Shown: one piece after another, positions 19,089-29,349 of the stretch
Position numbering within the stretch: the stretch's first letter is position 1
Layout: every line of letters begins with the position of its first letter
From: an uncultured Rhodospirillaceae bacterium
Lineage (GTDB): Bacteria > Pseudomonadota > Alphaproteobacteria > UBA2966
Direction: 5' to 3'
Length of the DNA stretch: 64,000 nt
Assembly (NCBI GenBank): GCA_964343605.1
Contig: CAYFKJ010000001.1
Coordinates: 959,535-1,023,534, forward strand
Program-made: the position numbers and the translations under genes
Notes under the pieces: generated by a model
What the model was told of the DNA's origin: nothing
What the model saw: the letters and a program-made list of their open reading frames with translations, nothing else
Databases searched by the model: none

Positions 19089-19577
19089 CTACAAAGTCCC
19101 GTTGATGGCGTAGGCCAGCAGCCGCACCACCTGGTCGGGCGTTTCGGCCACCGCCAGGGCGGCGCCGTCGACCTCCTTCAGGGGATGCGTCAGGCTGGGG
19201 TCGTGCAGCGTGATGTAGGGGGTGTTGAGCGCCGCCGCGTAACCCGCATCGAAGGCGGCGTTCCACTGCTTGTATTTGTCGCCGAAGCGGACAACGACCA
19301 CGTCGGCCCGCTCGATCAGGGTGCGGGTGCGGATGGCGTTGACCTTGGCGCCTTTGTGATCCTTCCAGAAGTCGTCCGTTTCGGCGCCCAGGATGTCGAC
19401 GCCGCAGTCGTCGCTGTCGGCATGCACGGTGACGGGACCGGTGAGGGTGACCGGCAGGCCCGCCTCGGCGACGCCGTCGCGGATGCGCTCGCGCCAATCG
19501 CTGTGGATTTCGCCGGACAGGTACACGACCCATTCGTCCTGTAGATCGTCGAATTGCTGGCTGGGGGCGGTACTCAT
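19089..19577 (-). CDS. YtoQ family protein (nucleoside 2-deoxyribosyltransferase-like fold)
   Basis: Start re-set to ATG at 19577 (ggagaagg RBS). The 5' part of the track ORF is an Arg-rich out-of-context extension. Conserved YtoQ-like WVVYLSGEIHSDWRE... Confidence 0.55.
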   Translation of the reverse strand: MSTAPSQQFDDLQDEWVVYLSGEIHSDWRERIRDGVAEAGLPVTLTGPVTVHADSDDCGVDILGAETDDFWKDHKGAKVNAIRTRTLIERADVVVVRFGDKYKQWNAAFDAGYAAALNTPYITLHDPSLTHPLKEVDGAALAVAETPDQVVRLLAYAINGTL

Positions 19578-19642
19578 TGGCCTTCTCCTGCTTGCCGTGC
19601 TTGATGTTTGACAAGGCAGGATATCGCCGATCGCGGAAAGCG

Positions 19643-20632
19643 TCAGCCCCCGGCGCGCAGGCGTTCGAAAATGCGCACGAACGGCATGACGTACATGCGC
19701 CCCACCCCGTGGTAATCGGTCTCGGTGCCGTCGCCCAAGCCGTAGACGATGTCCTCCTCGCCCTCGGGAACGTAAAGCGTGCCGAACATGCGGTCCCAAA
19801 TGGCGAACGCGCGGCCCATGTTCTTGTGAAAGTGCTTCTGTTCGATGCTGTGGTGGATCTGGTGCTGTGCCGGACTGACGAGCCAATGTTCGACCGTCGG
19901 CCCGTAGGAGACCCAGACGTGACTGTGCCTGAGGTTGCTGATGACGTGGTAGAGAGCGGTGCCGGCGCTCATGCCGAGAATGGTGTAGCCGCCGATGGCG
20001 CCGCCGGCAAGGCCTTGCGCCACGCCCAGCACGATACCGGTGCAAAAGCCCGGCGGCACCGACATCAGCAGAAGATCCACGGGGTGCAGGCGGAAACTGG
20101 TGATCGGCGTCAGCACCTGGGCGGAGTGGTGGATCTTATGAAATTCCCAAAGCCAGGAGTTGGTGTGCTGGGCCCAGTGTCCGACGTAGTGGCCGAAATC
20201 GTAGGCGATGAAAACCAGCAGGCTCAGGAGGGCGATCGCCGCCCAGCCGATTTCCCGATCCGCGGCGGCTGATGCCTCCGGCGCTCCCAGCCAGCCGGCA
20301 AGTGCCGTGGCCGTCAATGCCGATACGGCGAAAAACGGGGCGAACACGATGGGAAAAAGGGCCCCATTGACGATGTAGTAGCGATAATCGGCGCGAGCGG
20401 AGGCATGCCACCAAATCCCGGCATTGAAGTATTTTCGCGCGAATTCGGCGAGGTTGGGCCGTCGGGTCTTGCGCCCTGGCTGCAGGTAGAAGACCAGAAG
20501 GGCGATACCCAGCGCGCAGACGAGGAAGGGCCAGTGCAGCAAGGTGCCTTGATCGAGCGGCGCCCTCAGCGGCGCGATAAATGCCTCAATCAGCTTTTCC
20601 GCCCAGCCGGGCAGACCGTTCAGCAGTTCCAT
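19643..20632 (-). CDS. Fatty acid hydroxylase / sterol desaturase superfamily membrane protein
   Basis: 329 aa. Multiple TM segments. Histidine boxes HYVGHWAQH, HKIHH, HQIHHS. Confidence 0.8.
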   Translation of the reverse strand: MELLNGLPGWAEKLIEAFIAPLRAPLDQGTLLHWPFLVCALGIALLVFYLQPGRKTRRPNLAEFARKYFNAGIWWHASARADYRYYIVNGALFPIVFAPFFAVSALTATALAGWLGAPEASAAADREIGWAAIALLSLLVFIAYDFGHYVGHWAQHTNSWLWEFHKIHHSAQVLTPITSFRLHPVDLLLMSVPPGFCTGIVLGVAQGLAGGAIGGYTILGMSAGTALYHVISNLRHSHVWVSYGPTVEHWLVSPAQHQIHHSIEQKHFHKNMGRAFAIWDRMFGTLYVPEGEEDIVYGLGDGTETDYHGVGRMYVMPFVRIFERLRAGG

Positions 20633-20684
20633 CTCTTGCCTCCCGGATCCCTAGCCCCCCGGGGGAACCATGTGATCGTACGGC

Positions 20685-21278
20685 CTAATAACCGTAAGCC
20701 TCGGCCGGAACCAGCGCCATGCTGCCCTCCTCGTCATCCGGCTGAAGCCAATAAAGCTGCAACGTCGAGGTGTTTTTGCGTTCGAAGTATAGCACCTCGA
20801 TGGGATACCAGCCGGCGCTCTTGATCTCGACCTCGACGGGATCCGAATAGCGGTCGGCGTGAACGTCCGGGTCCTCGAGGATCATCTTGCCGCCGATGAA
20901 CAGGCGCACGCCGTCGTTGGACTGGGTGGCGAAGGTGTAGGTGCCGGGGGTATCGAACTTGATGAAGCCCTTGATATGCGCACCGACGCCGTCCTCGGCG
21001 CCACTGGTCAGAACGGGATCGAGACCGGTGCGGTAGTTCAGGGAGTGGAGCGGCTTGCCCGGTTTGCCCTCGCGGTATTTCGCCCACTCGGGAATTTCCT
21101 CGACGTGGCGGAACATATGCCGGTAATAGACCACGGACAGGCCGGGTTTCAGGCTGCCCTCGGCCGGTTGGGGCGAGGCCGCCTCGACGCCGGTAACGGC
21201 CGCCAGTGCCCCCACCCCGGACAATCCGATTGCCAACGCGGCCGCAACGCACAGCATCAAGATACGAACATACGGCAT
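20685..21278 (-). CDS. Secreted PA14-domain protein
   Basis: Signal peptide. PA14-like beta-barrel core (GFIKFDTPGTYTFATQSNDGVRLFIGGKMILE...YPIEVLYFER). Likely start at the second ATG (MPYVRIL), preceded by ggagcaggg. Confidence 0.6.
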   Translation of the reverse strand: MPYVRILMLCVAAALAIGLSGVGALAAVTGVEAASPQPAEGSLKPGLSVVYYRHMFRHVEEIPEWAKYREGKPGKPLHSLNYRTGLDPVLTSGAEDGVGAHIKGFIKFDTPGTYTFATQSNDGVRLFIGGKMILEDPDVHADRYSDPVEVEIKSAGWYPIEVLYFERKNTSTLQLYWLQPDDEEGSMALVPAEAYGY

Positions 21279-21448
21279 TCCCTGCTCCATCGTGCTTGTA
21301 ATCCGGCAGATGATAACGTCATCACGGAATGAGGCAAAGCTCGTCTCGATCTGATGAATTGCACGTGATCAAGGTTGCCGATCGCATCCTGAGCCTCCAG
21401 ATGTATGAGGTCCCGTTTCTCGCCTGCGGCAACAAGGAGTATGACCAC

Positions 21449-21763
21449 ATGATTTCGATGACCGTCATGTACCCGAACGAGGAGGGGGGCAGCTTCGATT
21501 TCGACTACTACCTGAACAGCCACATGCCCATGGTGAGCGATCTGTGGACACCGATGGGGATGAAGAGCGTGCAGGTCAACAAGGGGATCGGCGGCGGCGC
21601 ACCGGGTTCGGATGCGCCCTACGTCGTCGTCGCTCAGGTCGTGTTCGATAACATGGAAGACCTGCAGGCAGCCCAGGCCGCCCACGGCCGGGACATTTTC
21701 CACGACGTGGCGAACTTCACGAATTTATCGCCGCGGGTGCAGATCAGCGAAATCGTCGGCTAA
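21449..21763 (+). CDS. EthD/Dabb-like small ferredoxin-fold protein
   Basis: 104 aa from ATG 21449 with aaggag RBS. EthD-type pattern (MTVMYPNEEGGSFDFDYYLNSHMPMV). Confidence 0.55.
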   Translation: MISMTVMYPNEEGGSFDFDYYLNSHMPMVSDLWTPMGMKSVQVNKGIGGGAPGSDAPYVVVAQVVFDNMEDLQAAQAAHGRDIFHDVANFTNLSPRVQISEIVG

Positions 21764-21790
21764 GCCAGGCAGCAGGAACGGGGGGACGAT

Positions 21791-23143
21791 ATGTGTGCAA
21801 AGAGAGCCACCGACATTGAAGGCTTCATGCAGGGCGTCGTCGCGCGCAATCCTGGCGAGGTCGAGTTTCACCAGGCTGTTCGCGAAGTGGCGGGCGACAT
21901 CATTCCCTGGATCCAGGACAAGCCGGAATATGTCGACCATCAGATCCTCGAACGCATGGCGGAGCCGGATCGAATCGTCTCCTTTCGGGTCTGCTGGGCG
22001 GACGACGCGGGCAACGTCCGGGTCAACCGCGGCTACCGCATCCAGAACAACAATGCGATCGGTCCCTACAAGGGGGGCTTGCGCTTTCATCCCTCGGTCA
22101 ACCAGTCGATCCTGAAGTTCCTCGCCTTCGAACAGACCTTCAAGAACTCGCTTACCGGTCTGCCCATGGGCGGCGGCAAGGGCGGTGCGGACTTCAACCC
22201 CAAAGGCAAGTCGGATGGCGAGGTCATGCGCTTTTGCCAATCATTCATGACCGAACTTTATCGCCACGTCGGCGCCGATACCGACATTCCGGCCGGTGAC
22301 ATCGGCGTGGGAGCGCGGGAAATCGGCTACATGTTCGGCCAGTACAAACGGATTTCGAACCAGTTCACCGGCGTCTTGACGGGCAAGGGAATCGAGTACG
22401 GCGGCAGCGAAATGCGGCCCGAGGCCACGGGTTACGGCGCAGTCTACTTCCTCGAGGACATGCTTCATACGCGCGGCGAGGAAGTCGACGGCAAGTCCGT
22501 GGCGATTTCAGGCTCCGGTAATGTCGCGACTTTCGCTGCCGAAAAGATCAATCACCGCGGCGGCAAAGTGCTGACGCTTTCGGATTCCGGCGGCTTTGTT
22601 TTCGACAAAAACGGCATCGACGAGGAAAAACTCGCCTGGGTGAAGGAACTAAAGACGGTGCGCCGCGGTCGCATCAGCGAATACGCCGAGCAGTTCGGCG
22701 CCGAATACCACGAGGGGAAGAGGCCGTGGAGCGTACCGTGCGATGCCGCGCTGCCCTGCGCCACCCAGAACGAAATCTCTCTCGACAACGCCGAGGCGCT
22801 GCTTGCCAACGGCGTACTGGCGGTCTCGGAAGGCGCCAACATGCCGACCGACATCGCCGGCATCGAGGCCTTCCAGGAAGCCAAGATCCTGTTCGGTCCG
22901 TCGAAGGCCGCCAATGCCGGCGGCGTCGCCATGTCGGGCCTGGAAATGAGTCAGAACTCCGAACGGCGCGCTTGGAGCGAAGAGGAGTTGCGCACCCTTC
23001 TGCGCGACATCATGGACGGCATTCACGCCCGCTGCCACGACGCCGGCATTGAGGACGACGGCTATTGCAACTACGTGCGCGGCGCCAACATTGCCGGTTT
23101 CAGGAAGGTGGCCGACGCCATGCTGGCCTTCGGGGTGGTGTAG
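21791..23143 (+). CDS. gdhA: NADP-specific glutamate dehydrogenase
   Basis: 450 aa. Glu/Leu/Phe/Val DH signatures (KGGLRFHP, GLPMGGGKGG, GSGNVA Rossmann). Confidence 0.93.
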   Translation: MCAKRATDIEGFMQGVVARNPGEVEFHQAVREVAGDIIPWIQDKPEYVDHQILERMAEPDRIVSFRVCWADDAGNVRVNRGYRIQNNNAIGPYKGGLRFHPSVNQSILKFLAFEQTFKNSLTGLPMGGGKGGADFNPKGKSDGEVMRFCQSFMTELYRHVGADTDIPAGDIGVGAREIGYMFGQYKRISNQFTGVLTGKGIEYGGSEMRPEATGYGAVYFLEDMLHTRGEEVDGKSVAISGSGNVATFAAEKINHRGGKVLTLSDSGGFVFDKNGIDEEKLAWVKELKTVRRGRISEYAEQFGAEYHEGKRPWSVPCDAALPCATQNEISLDNAEALLANGVLAVSEGANMPTDIAGIEAFQEAKILFGPSKAANAGGVAMSGLEMSQNSERRAWSEEELRTLLRDIMDGIHARCHDAGIEDDGYCNYVRGANIAGFRKVADAMLAFGVV

Positions 23144-23149
23144 ACGGCT

Positions 23150-23953
23150 TCATGACCAGGGCGTCTTGACCTTTTCCTCGGGCTCGCCGTCGATCAGGAT
23201 GGCGTCGACTTTTTCGTTGAAGAAACACAGGAGATCCTTGATACGGCCGACCTCCGGCAGGGGGTCGGGGTAGTACCACACCAGGTTCTCGAAAGTTTCG
23301 CCCTTCACCTCGAGCGAACGGTAATTGGCTCGGCCCTTGTAGGGGCAGGCGGTCTCAAGATCGCTGGGCGTCAGCAAGTCCATGCGCACGTCCGCCTCCG
23401 ACAGGTAATAGCGCGTCGGCAAGCCGGTTTCGAAAAGGAACATGGCGCGGTTGGACGAAGCGACCGTCTCGCCCCCGATAACGACGTCGACGCGCCGCGT
23501 GCTGGGAATAACGTCGATGCGTTTGTAGGGATCGCGGGCGTGGACGAAAATCTCCTCGTCCTCCTCCATCCATTTGTCGACCTTGTTCCAATAGAAGGCG
23601 ACGTGGCCGGCAAGCTCCGGAACTTCCGGCAGCGGGTTTTCGTATCCCCACATGGCATTTTCCGACGTTTCACTGCCGGCCCGGATGGTCCAGTAGCTGG
23701 CGTCGCCCTTGAACGGGCAATGACTGGCGTGATCGGTGCGTTCCATCAGGTCCATGCGCACGTCGCCGACGGGAAAGTAGTAGACCGGTATGTGGTGGGA
23801 TTCGAACAGCAATTGCGCATGCGTGCTGTCGGCGATCGTTTCGCCGCCGAACATCACCCGCACCCATTTTGGGCTTGGTTCGAAATGGACGTCGTAGCCG
23901 GGGTGGTCGATATAGCCCTGGCTGAGTTCGACCTTCGAATTTTCCGCCGCCAT
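23150..23953 (-). CDS. Tandem DUF427-domain protein
   Basis: Two internal repeats of about 120 aa. Each has a GETIADS/GETVASS...PxYYxPxxDVRMDLL pattern. Confidence 0.55.
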   Translation of the reverse strand: MAAENSKVELSQGYIDHPGYDVHFEPSPKWVRVMFGGETIADSTHAQLLFESHHIPVYYFPVGDVRMDLMERTDHASHCPFKGDASYWTIRAGSETSENAMWGYENPLPEVPELAGHVAFYWNKVDKWMEEDEEIFVHARDPYKRIDVIPSTRRVDVVIGGETVASSNRAMFLFETGLPTRYYLSEADVRMDLLTPSDLETACPYKGRANYRSLEVKGETFENLVWYYPDPLPEVGRIKDLLCFFNEKVDAILIDGEPEEKVKTPWS

Positions 23954-24102
23954 CGTCAGTCCTCCTCGGCACCAGACATAAAACTAATGCGTACTGGCAG
24001 TTTTGACAGGGACAAGGGTAATATTCGTGCTCGACGATCCATCCCATCCTACGTCATTTGCGGCGTACAAATTATTCAGAGTTTGCGGTTCCGGATTTTC
24101 CC

Positions 24103-24492
24103 ATGCCGATTACCTACCGGATTGACCACGAGGCTAAAGTCGTCCGCATCCGCGGATCGGGCACGCTGACGAACGATGAACTGGTGTCCTGCATCATCCG
24201 CCTGCGCGAAGATCCGGAGTTGCCGTTCGGCATGCCGGCGATTTCCGACTTACGCGATGTCGCTGTCCTGGAGGTAACGCTTGAGGGATTTCAACAGGTC
24301 GCAGACGTCATTGCCGCCACGGACGAGCAGCGGGGCCCGGCCCGCGCCGCCCTGGTGGTCGACAAGGAAGGCGACCTGATGATGGCAAAGCTCTACACCA
24401 TCGTCGGACAATCTGCCAATTCGCAAACCAGCTTCAAGGTTTTCAAGGATCTGGCGGAAGCGGAAGCGTGGCTGGGGTTGGGGGAAAACTAG
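24103..24492 (+). CDS. Hypothetical protein (start uncertain: TTG 24058 or ATG 24103)
   Basis: ORF with high third-position GC. No family recognised. Confidence 0.4.
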   Translation: MPITYRIDHEAKVVRIRGSGTLTNDELVSCIIRLREDPELPFGMPAISDLRDVAVLEVTLEGFQQVADVIAATDEQRGPARAALVVDKEGDLMMAKLYTIVGQSANSQTSFKVFKDLAEAEAWLGLGEN

Positions 24493-25940
24493 CCGCCGTG
24501 GCGTGAACTTGGCGCCCTGGAAGGAATCTCACCCGACCTGCCCGGCGTGTAAAAACCGCCATAAGCGCCGCGTTTGACGAACTCGCCGTCGCCCGCACGG
24601 CCCAGATACTGCCCCTTGTCGATGATCATGCGGCCACGGCTGAAGACGGTTTCGGTGAACCCCTTCACAGGCATGCCCTCATAGGCGTTGTAGTCGATGT
24701 TCATGTGATGGGTATGGCTGTTGTAGTAGCTGATCGTTTCCTCGCGCTCGGGATCGAAAATTACGATATCGGCGTCGCTGCCGACGGCGATGGTGCCCTT
24801 CTTGGGGAACATCCCGAATATCTTGGCGGGCCCGGTCGAGGTCAGTTCGACGAAACGGTTGAGATCGATGTAGCCGCCGCTGACGCCGTAGTGATAGATC
24901 AGGCTCATGCGGTTTTCGATGCCGGGTCCGCCGTTGGGAATTTTGCTGAAATCGTTTAGCCCCAGTTCCTTCTGCTCCTTGAGACAGAACGGACAGTGGT
25001 CGGTCGAAATGGCGTTCAGCGCATCTCCGCGCAAGCCGCGCCACAGCTCCTCCTGATTCCACTTCTCGCGCAGCGGCGGCGTCAGTACGTACTTGGCGCC
25101 CTCGAACCCCGGCGCATCGTAGGCCGAGACGTCGAGCAGCAGATACTGCGGACAGGTTTCGGCGTGGGCCATGACGCCGCGGGCCTGCGCCAGGCGCAGT
25201 TCCTGCAGCGCGTCGTAGCTGGAAAGATGCACGATATAGACCGGCGACTTGGCGACCTCGGCAATGGCTAGGGCCCGGTGCACGCCTTCGGCCTCCAACC
25301 GGGTGGGACGGGTCAAGGCGTGGTACTTGGGCTCGATGTGGCCTTGCGACAGGGCGATCTTGATCAGTTCGTCCATGACGATGCCGTTTTCGGCGTGCAT
25401 ACAGACCAGCGTGCCGTCCTCACCGGCCTGGCGCATGGCCCGGAAAATGGTGCCGTCGTCCGACAGCATGGCGCCTGGATAGGCCATGAAGAGCTTGTAG
25501 CTGGTGACGCCCTCGTCGGCCAAACGGCGCATGTCCTTCGTCCGGCTTTCGGGAACATCGGTCAAAATCATGTGAAAGCTGTAGTCGATGGCGGTCTTGC
25601 CGGCGGCCTTTTCGTGCCAGGCCTCGAGTGCGGCGAGGGGATCTTCGCCTTTGAGCTGAACGGCAAAATCGATGATGCAGGTTGTACCGCCGTAGGCCGC
25701 CGCTCGCGTGCCGGTTTCGAAGGTATCTGAAGTGACGGTTCCGCCGAAGGGCAGTTCCAAGTGCGTGTGAGGGTCGATTCCCCCCGGAATGACTAGCTTT
25801 CCGCCGGCGTCGACAACCTGATCGGCGTCGATCGACAAGTTCTTGCCGATCAGGTCGACCTGGGACCCGCTGATGAATATGTCAGCGTTGTAATCGTCGG
25901 TCGCGGTCACGATCCGACCGTTCTTAATCAGTACGCTCAC
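24489..25940 (-). CDS. Dihydropyrimidinase / D-hydantoinase (cyclic amidohydrolase)
   Basis: 483 aa. Metal-binding GGIDPHTH near N-terminus. Conserved amidohydrolase core (STDHCPF..., carbamylated-Lys region). Confidence 0.85.
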   Translation of the reverse strand: MSVLIKNGRIVTATDDYNADIFISGSQVDLIGKNLSIDADQVVDAGGKLVIPGGIDPHTHLELPFGGTVTSDTFETGTRAAAYGGTTCIIDFAVQLKGEDPLAALEAWHEKAAGKTAIDYSFHMILTDVPESRTKDMRRLADEGVTSYKLFMAYPGAMLSDDGTIFRAMRQAGEDGTLVCMHAENGIVMDELIKIALSQGHIEPKYHALTRPTRLEAEGVHRALAIAEVAKSPVYIVHLSSYDALQELRLAQARGVMAHAETCPQYLLLDVSAYDAPGFEGAKYVLTPPLREKWNQEELWRGLRGDALNAISTDHCPFCLKEQKELGLNDFSKIPNGGPGIENRMSLIYHYGVSGGYIDLNRFVELTSTGPAKIFGMFPKKGTIAVGSDADIVIFDPEREETISYYNSHTHHMNIDYNAYEGMPVKGFTETVFSRGRMIIDKGQYLGRAGDGEFVKRGAYGGFYTPGRSGEIPSRAPSSRHGG

Positions 25941-26143
25941 CCCGATCCTCCCCGGTTTGGCTCCAGGTTATTTACGCCCTGGTTCAAGTCTCGGTAGTTC
26001 CCTCCAGAATGACTCTAATGTATCATTAATATGTTCTGCGATCGAAGATTTCATCACGAAGCCTCGGTCGTTGTTTGATTACGTTTGTCATGGAGCGATT
26101 TTTCGAGGCGACCTAAAACAAAAACACAAACGGGAGGACGAAG

Positions 26144-27418
26144 ATGGCTAAGAGCAAGCGCAGAGTACCCGGCAAGGACATTACCCGCCGGACATTCGTT
26201 GGGGGAGCAGCGGGCGCGGTAGCAGCCGGGTCGATAGCTGGCTTCCCTGCCATTGTAGAGGCCGCCGATCCGCTTCGGACGATCGGCCTTGGCGTGAGTA
26301 TCATCAACGAGATCCAGAGCAAGGCGGCCAAGGATGTCGGCTTTGGCATCAACGGCACGGCCATGGGCTACGGCGCCCTATTCGGCAAGGGGCTAAATCA
26401 GAACGATCAGTTCGAGGTCTCGGAATGTTACTTCGACATGTTCGACGCCATGACCCCGGCCGGCGTCTTCCAGCCCATTGACACCCAACGCATTACGAAC
26501 TGGGACAAGGTTTCCAACCTGACCAAGACCGGCATGTTGACGCCAGGCTCCCAGATCGGAGACGGCGATGCGCCGGTCCGCCAGATGTGGGTTGACAAGG
26601 ACGGTAAGCGAACCAAGGGGCCATCGCGCTGGATCTCGGCGTTACCGACCATCCACAACGCCGATTCCATCGGTTACGCGCCCGAGGATACCGGCCGCGA
26701 CATCGAAAGCTGGGCTGAGTTGTTCAGCCCGGATTTCAAGGGCCGTGTGGCGTTGCTGAACGTGCCGCAAATCGGCGTCATGGACGCTGCCATGGGCGTC
26801 GAAGCGCTCGGCCTCACCAAGTTCGGCGACAAGGGCGACATGACCCGGGCGGAAATCGACTTCCTCATCGACTTCCTCATCAAGAAGAAGAAGGAAGGAC
26901 ACTTCCGGGCCTTCTGGGAGACCTTCGGCCAGTCGGTCAACCTGATGGTCTCCGGCGAAGTCGTGCTGCAGAGCATGTGGTCGCCAGCCGTCACCGCCGT
27001 CAACGCCGAGGGCGTCAAGTGCATCTACGCATCGCCCAAGGAAGGCATGCGCGGGTGGCACGGCGCTTGGGCGATTTCGGCCAAGGCCACGGGTAAGAAA
27101 CTCGACCAAGCCTACGAGTACCTTAACTGGTGGCTCGATGGCTGGGCCGGTGCTTTCGTCGCCCGTCAGGGCTACTACATGTCGGCGTTCGAGCCAGTCA
27201 AGAAACACCTCCCGAAGGACGAATGGGACTTCTGGTATGAAGGCAAGCCGGCGGCGCGCGAGCTCCCGGATCCATTCGGCAGCCCACTCGTGGCCAAGGG
27301 CGAGGTTCGTGACGGCGGCTCCTATGAGCAGCGCTTCAAGAAAATCGCCGTGTGGAACTCCATCATGAAGGAGAACGACTACCTCGTGAAACGCTGGACG
27401 GAGTTCCTGACGGCGTAG
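26144..27418 (+). CDS. ABC transporter periplasmic substrate-binding protein (PotD/PotF-like), Tat signal
   Basis: RRTFVGGAAGAVAAGS twin-Arg signal. PBP2 polyamine-type fold. gggagga RBS. Confidence 0.85.
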   Translation: MAKSKRRVPGKDITRRTFVGGAAGAVAAGSIAGFPAIVEAADPLRTIGLGVSIINEIQSKAAKDVGFGINGTAMGYGALFGKGLNQNDQFEVSECYFDMFDAMTPAGVFQPIDTQRITNWDKVSNLTKTGMLTPGSQIGDGDAPVRQMWVDKDGKRTKGPSRWISALPTIHNADSIGYAPEDTGRDIESWAELFSPDFKGRVALLNVPQIGVMDAAMGVEALGLTKFGDKGDMTRAEIDFLIDFLIKKKKEGHFRAFWETFGQSVNLMVSGEVVLQSMWSPAVTAVNAEGVKCIYASPKEGMRGWHGAWAISAKATGKKLDQAYEYLNWWLDGWAGAFVARQGYYMSAFEPVKKHLPKDEWDFWYEGKPAARELPDPFGSPLVAKGEVRDGGSYEQRFKKIAVWNSIMKENDYLVKRWTEFLTA

Positions 27419-27532
27419 CCGCGGAGCGGTTCCTTGTCTGGAGCCATCCGTTCGCTAAAATAATCGGGCCGGTGCGGACGTTGCGCACCGGCCCCTTTTT
27501 CGCGGCAAGCCCAGACGCAGCAGCATGAAGCG

Positions 27533-28510
27533 ATGACCGAAGTTACCGCCCACCATCCCGGTCTGATCGGCGACCAACCCAAGCCTGACGAGAAAGCCGT
27601 CCGAGCCAAGATCATCAAGCCGGAAGAAGGTTTCTCCACCGGCTGGCTGATCGCGCCGGCGACCCTGTGGTTGGTCCTTTTCCTGGTGGTGCCGCTCGCG
27701 TCGATCATCGTGTTCAGCTTTTGGAAATCCACCCCGCACGGGATGTATCCCGATTTCTCTTTCAAATTTTACATCGAGTTCTTTTACACGGAGGGCTTCT
27801 TCGATCCGGAGTCGGACCGTTTCCTCCTGCCCAGCGTCTTCATCCGCACCCTGGGATCGACCATCTACTACACCCTCGTGGTCATGGTGCTGTGCCTGAT
27901 CGTCGGCTATCCCATCGCCTACTTCCTCTCCATGCAAGTGGAAGCCTTCAAGTGGCAATTGGCCCTTTTCCTGTTGTGCATGGTGCCGTTCTGGACCAGC
28001 TACCTGATCCGGGCCGTCGCTTGGCTGCCCATGCTGGGCCGTCGCGGACTGATCAACCAGGCGCTGACCGGGATGGGCATCGTCGACCGGCCCGTGAGTT
28101 TCCTGTTCTATTCCGAGTTCGGCTACACCATGGCGCTGGTGCAGATTTACGTGGTGCTCTGCATCGGCCCGATCTTCTTCTCTTTGGCCAAGATCGACAC
28201 CGCCATTATCGAGGCGGCCCGCGACATGGGTGCCACGCCGTTCCAGATTTTCCGCGAAATCATTTTACCCTTGTCGCTGCCCGGCATCGCCATCGGCATG
28301 ATCTTCATCTTCGTCATCCTGATGGGCGAGTTTGCCACCGCCGTCGTCGTCTACGGCGGCAAGACGTCGACCACCGGAACCGTCATTCTCAATTACTACG
28401 GCATCGCGAACTATCCCTTCGCGGCCGTCAATGCCCTGATGTTGATGCTGGCCATGGTCGTGGGCATCGTCGTCATCCTGCGCATCGTCGACATCCGGAA
28501 GGAGCTCTGA
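27533..28510 (+). CDS. ABC transporter permease (PotB-like)
   Basis: 6 TM segments. EAA loop (EAARDMGATPFQIFREIILPLSLPGI). Confidence 0.85.
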   Translation: MTEVTAHHPGLIGDQPKPDEKAVRAKIIKPEEGFSTGWLIAPATLWLVLFLVVPLASIIVFSFWKSTPHGMYPDFSFKFYIEFFYTEGFFDPESDRFLLPSVFIRTLGSTIYYTLVVMVLCLIVGYPIAYFLSMQVEAFKWQLALFLLCMVPFWTSYLIRAVAWLPMLGRRGLINQALTGMGIVDRPVSFLFYSEFGYTMALVQIYVVLCIGPIFFSLAKIDTAIIEAARDMGATPFQIFREIILPLSLPGIAIGMIFIFVILMGEFATAVVVYGGKTSTTGTVILNYYGIANYPFAAVNALMLMLAMVVGIVVILRIVDIRKEL

Positions 28511-28511
28511 G

Positions 28512-29342
28512 GTGAAGCGGCGCTGGACCCGCGAACGAAAACGCAGGCTCTGGGTAAAGTCCGGATTCAGCATCTATTACATTCTTTTTCTGATCTTCAT
28601 TTACGGCCCGATGTTCGCCATGTTCGTGCTGTCCTTCCAGGGCCGGCGCGGCGGCACGAGTTTCCCCATGCGCGGCACCAGCCTTTACTGGTGGAACAAA
28701 CTGATCGAACCGTCGACCGTGGGCGACCTCCAGGGCGCCATGGGCCGCTCCATCATGCTGGCCGTTATGGTAATGATCATCACGGCGCTCTTTTCCACCA
28801 TGCTGGCCATGGCGTTCCGCAAGAAGTTCCGGTTTTCCAATGTGCTCTTCTATACCATCCTCTCCGGCCTGATGGTTCCGGGCGTGTTGCTGGGGCTGGG
28901 CCTGGCGACATTGACCCGGCAACTGGGCCTGTCGCCGGCTTGGTACACCACGGGCCTCATCGTCCATGTCGTCTGGGCATTGCCGTTCGGGTACCTGGTG
29001 ATGATGGCGGTCTTCAATCGGTTCGATTCCAGCCTAGAGGAGGCGGCCCGCGACATGGGCGCCAATGAATGGACGGTTTTCAAAGAGGTGACGCTGCCGC
29101 TGATCACACCCGGCATCGTCGCGGCGGGCCTGTTCGGCTTCACGCTGTCCTATGACGAGTTCGCCCGCACGACGCTGCTGGCGGGGGAATTCAATACTCT
29201 GCCGCTCGATATCAACGCCCAAATGACTCAGCGCATCCGGCCTACCCTGTTCGCGCTCGGCACGGCCTCCACAATTTTCTCGCTGTGCATGATCGCGCTG
29301 TTTATTGCCGTCTACACCATCCTTTATCGGCGTTCGCGGTAG
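28512..29342 (+). CDS. ABC transporter permease (PotC-like)
   Basis: GTG start right after ggag. EAA loop (EAARDMGANEWTVFKEVTLPLITPGI). Confidence 0.85.
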   Translation: MKRRWTRERKRRLWVKSGFSIYYILFLIFIYGPMFAMFVLSFQGRRGGTSFPMRGTSLYWWNKLIEPSTVGDLQGAMGRSIMLAVMVMIITALFSTMLAMAFRKKFRFSNVLFYTILSGLMVPGVLLGLGLATLTRQLGLSPAWYTTGLIVHVVWALPFGYLVMMAVFNRFDSSLEEAARDMGANEWTVFKEVTLPLITPGIVAAGLFGFTLSYDEFARTTLLAGEFNTLPLDINAQMTQRIRPTLFALGTASTIFSLCMIALFIAVYTILYRRSR

Positions 29343-29349
29343 CCTTAGC

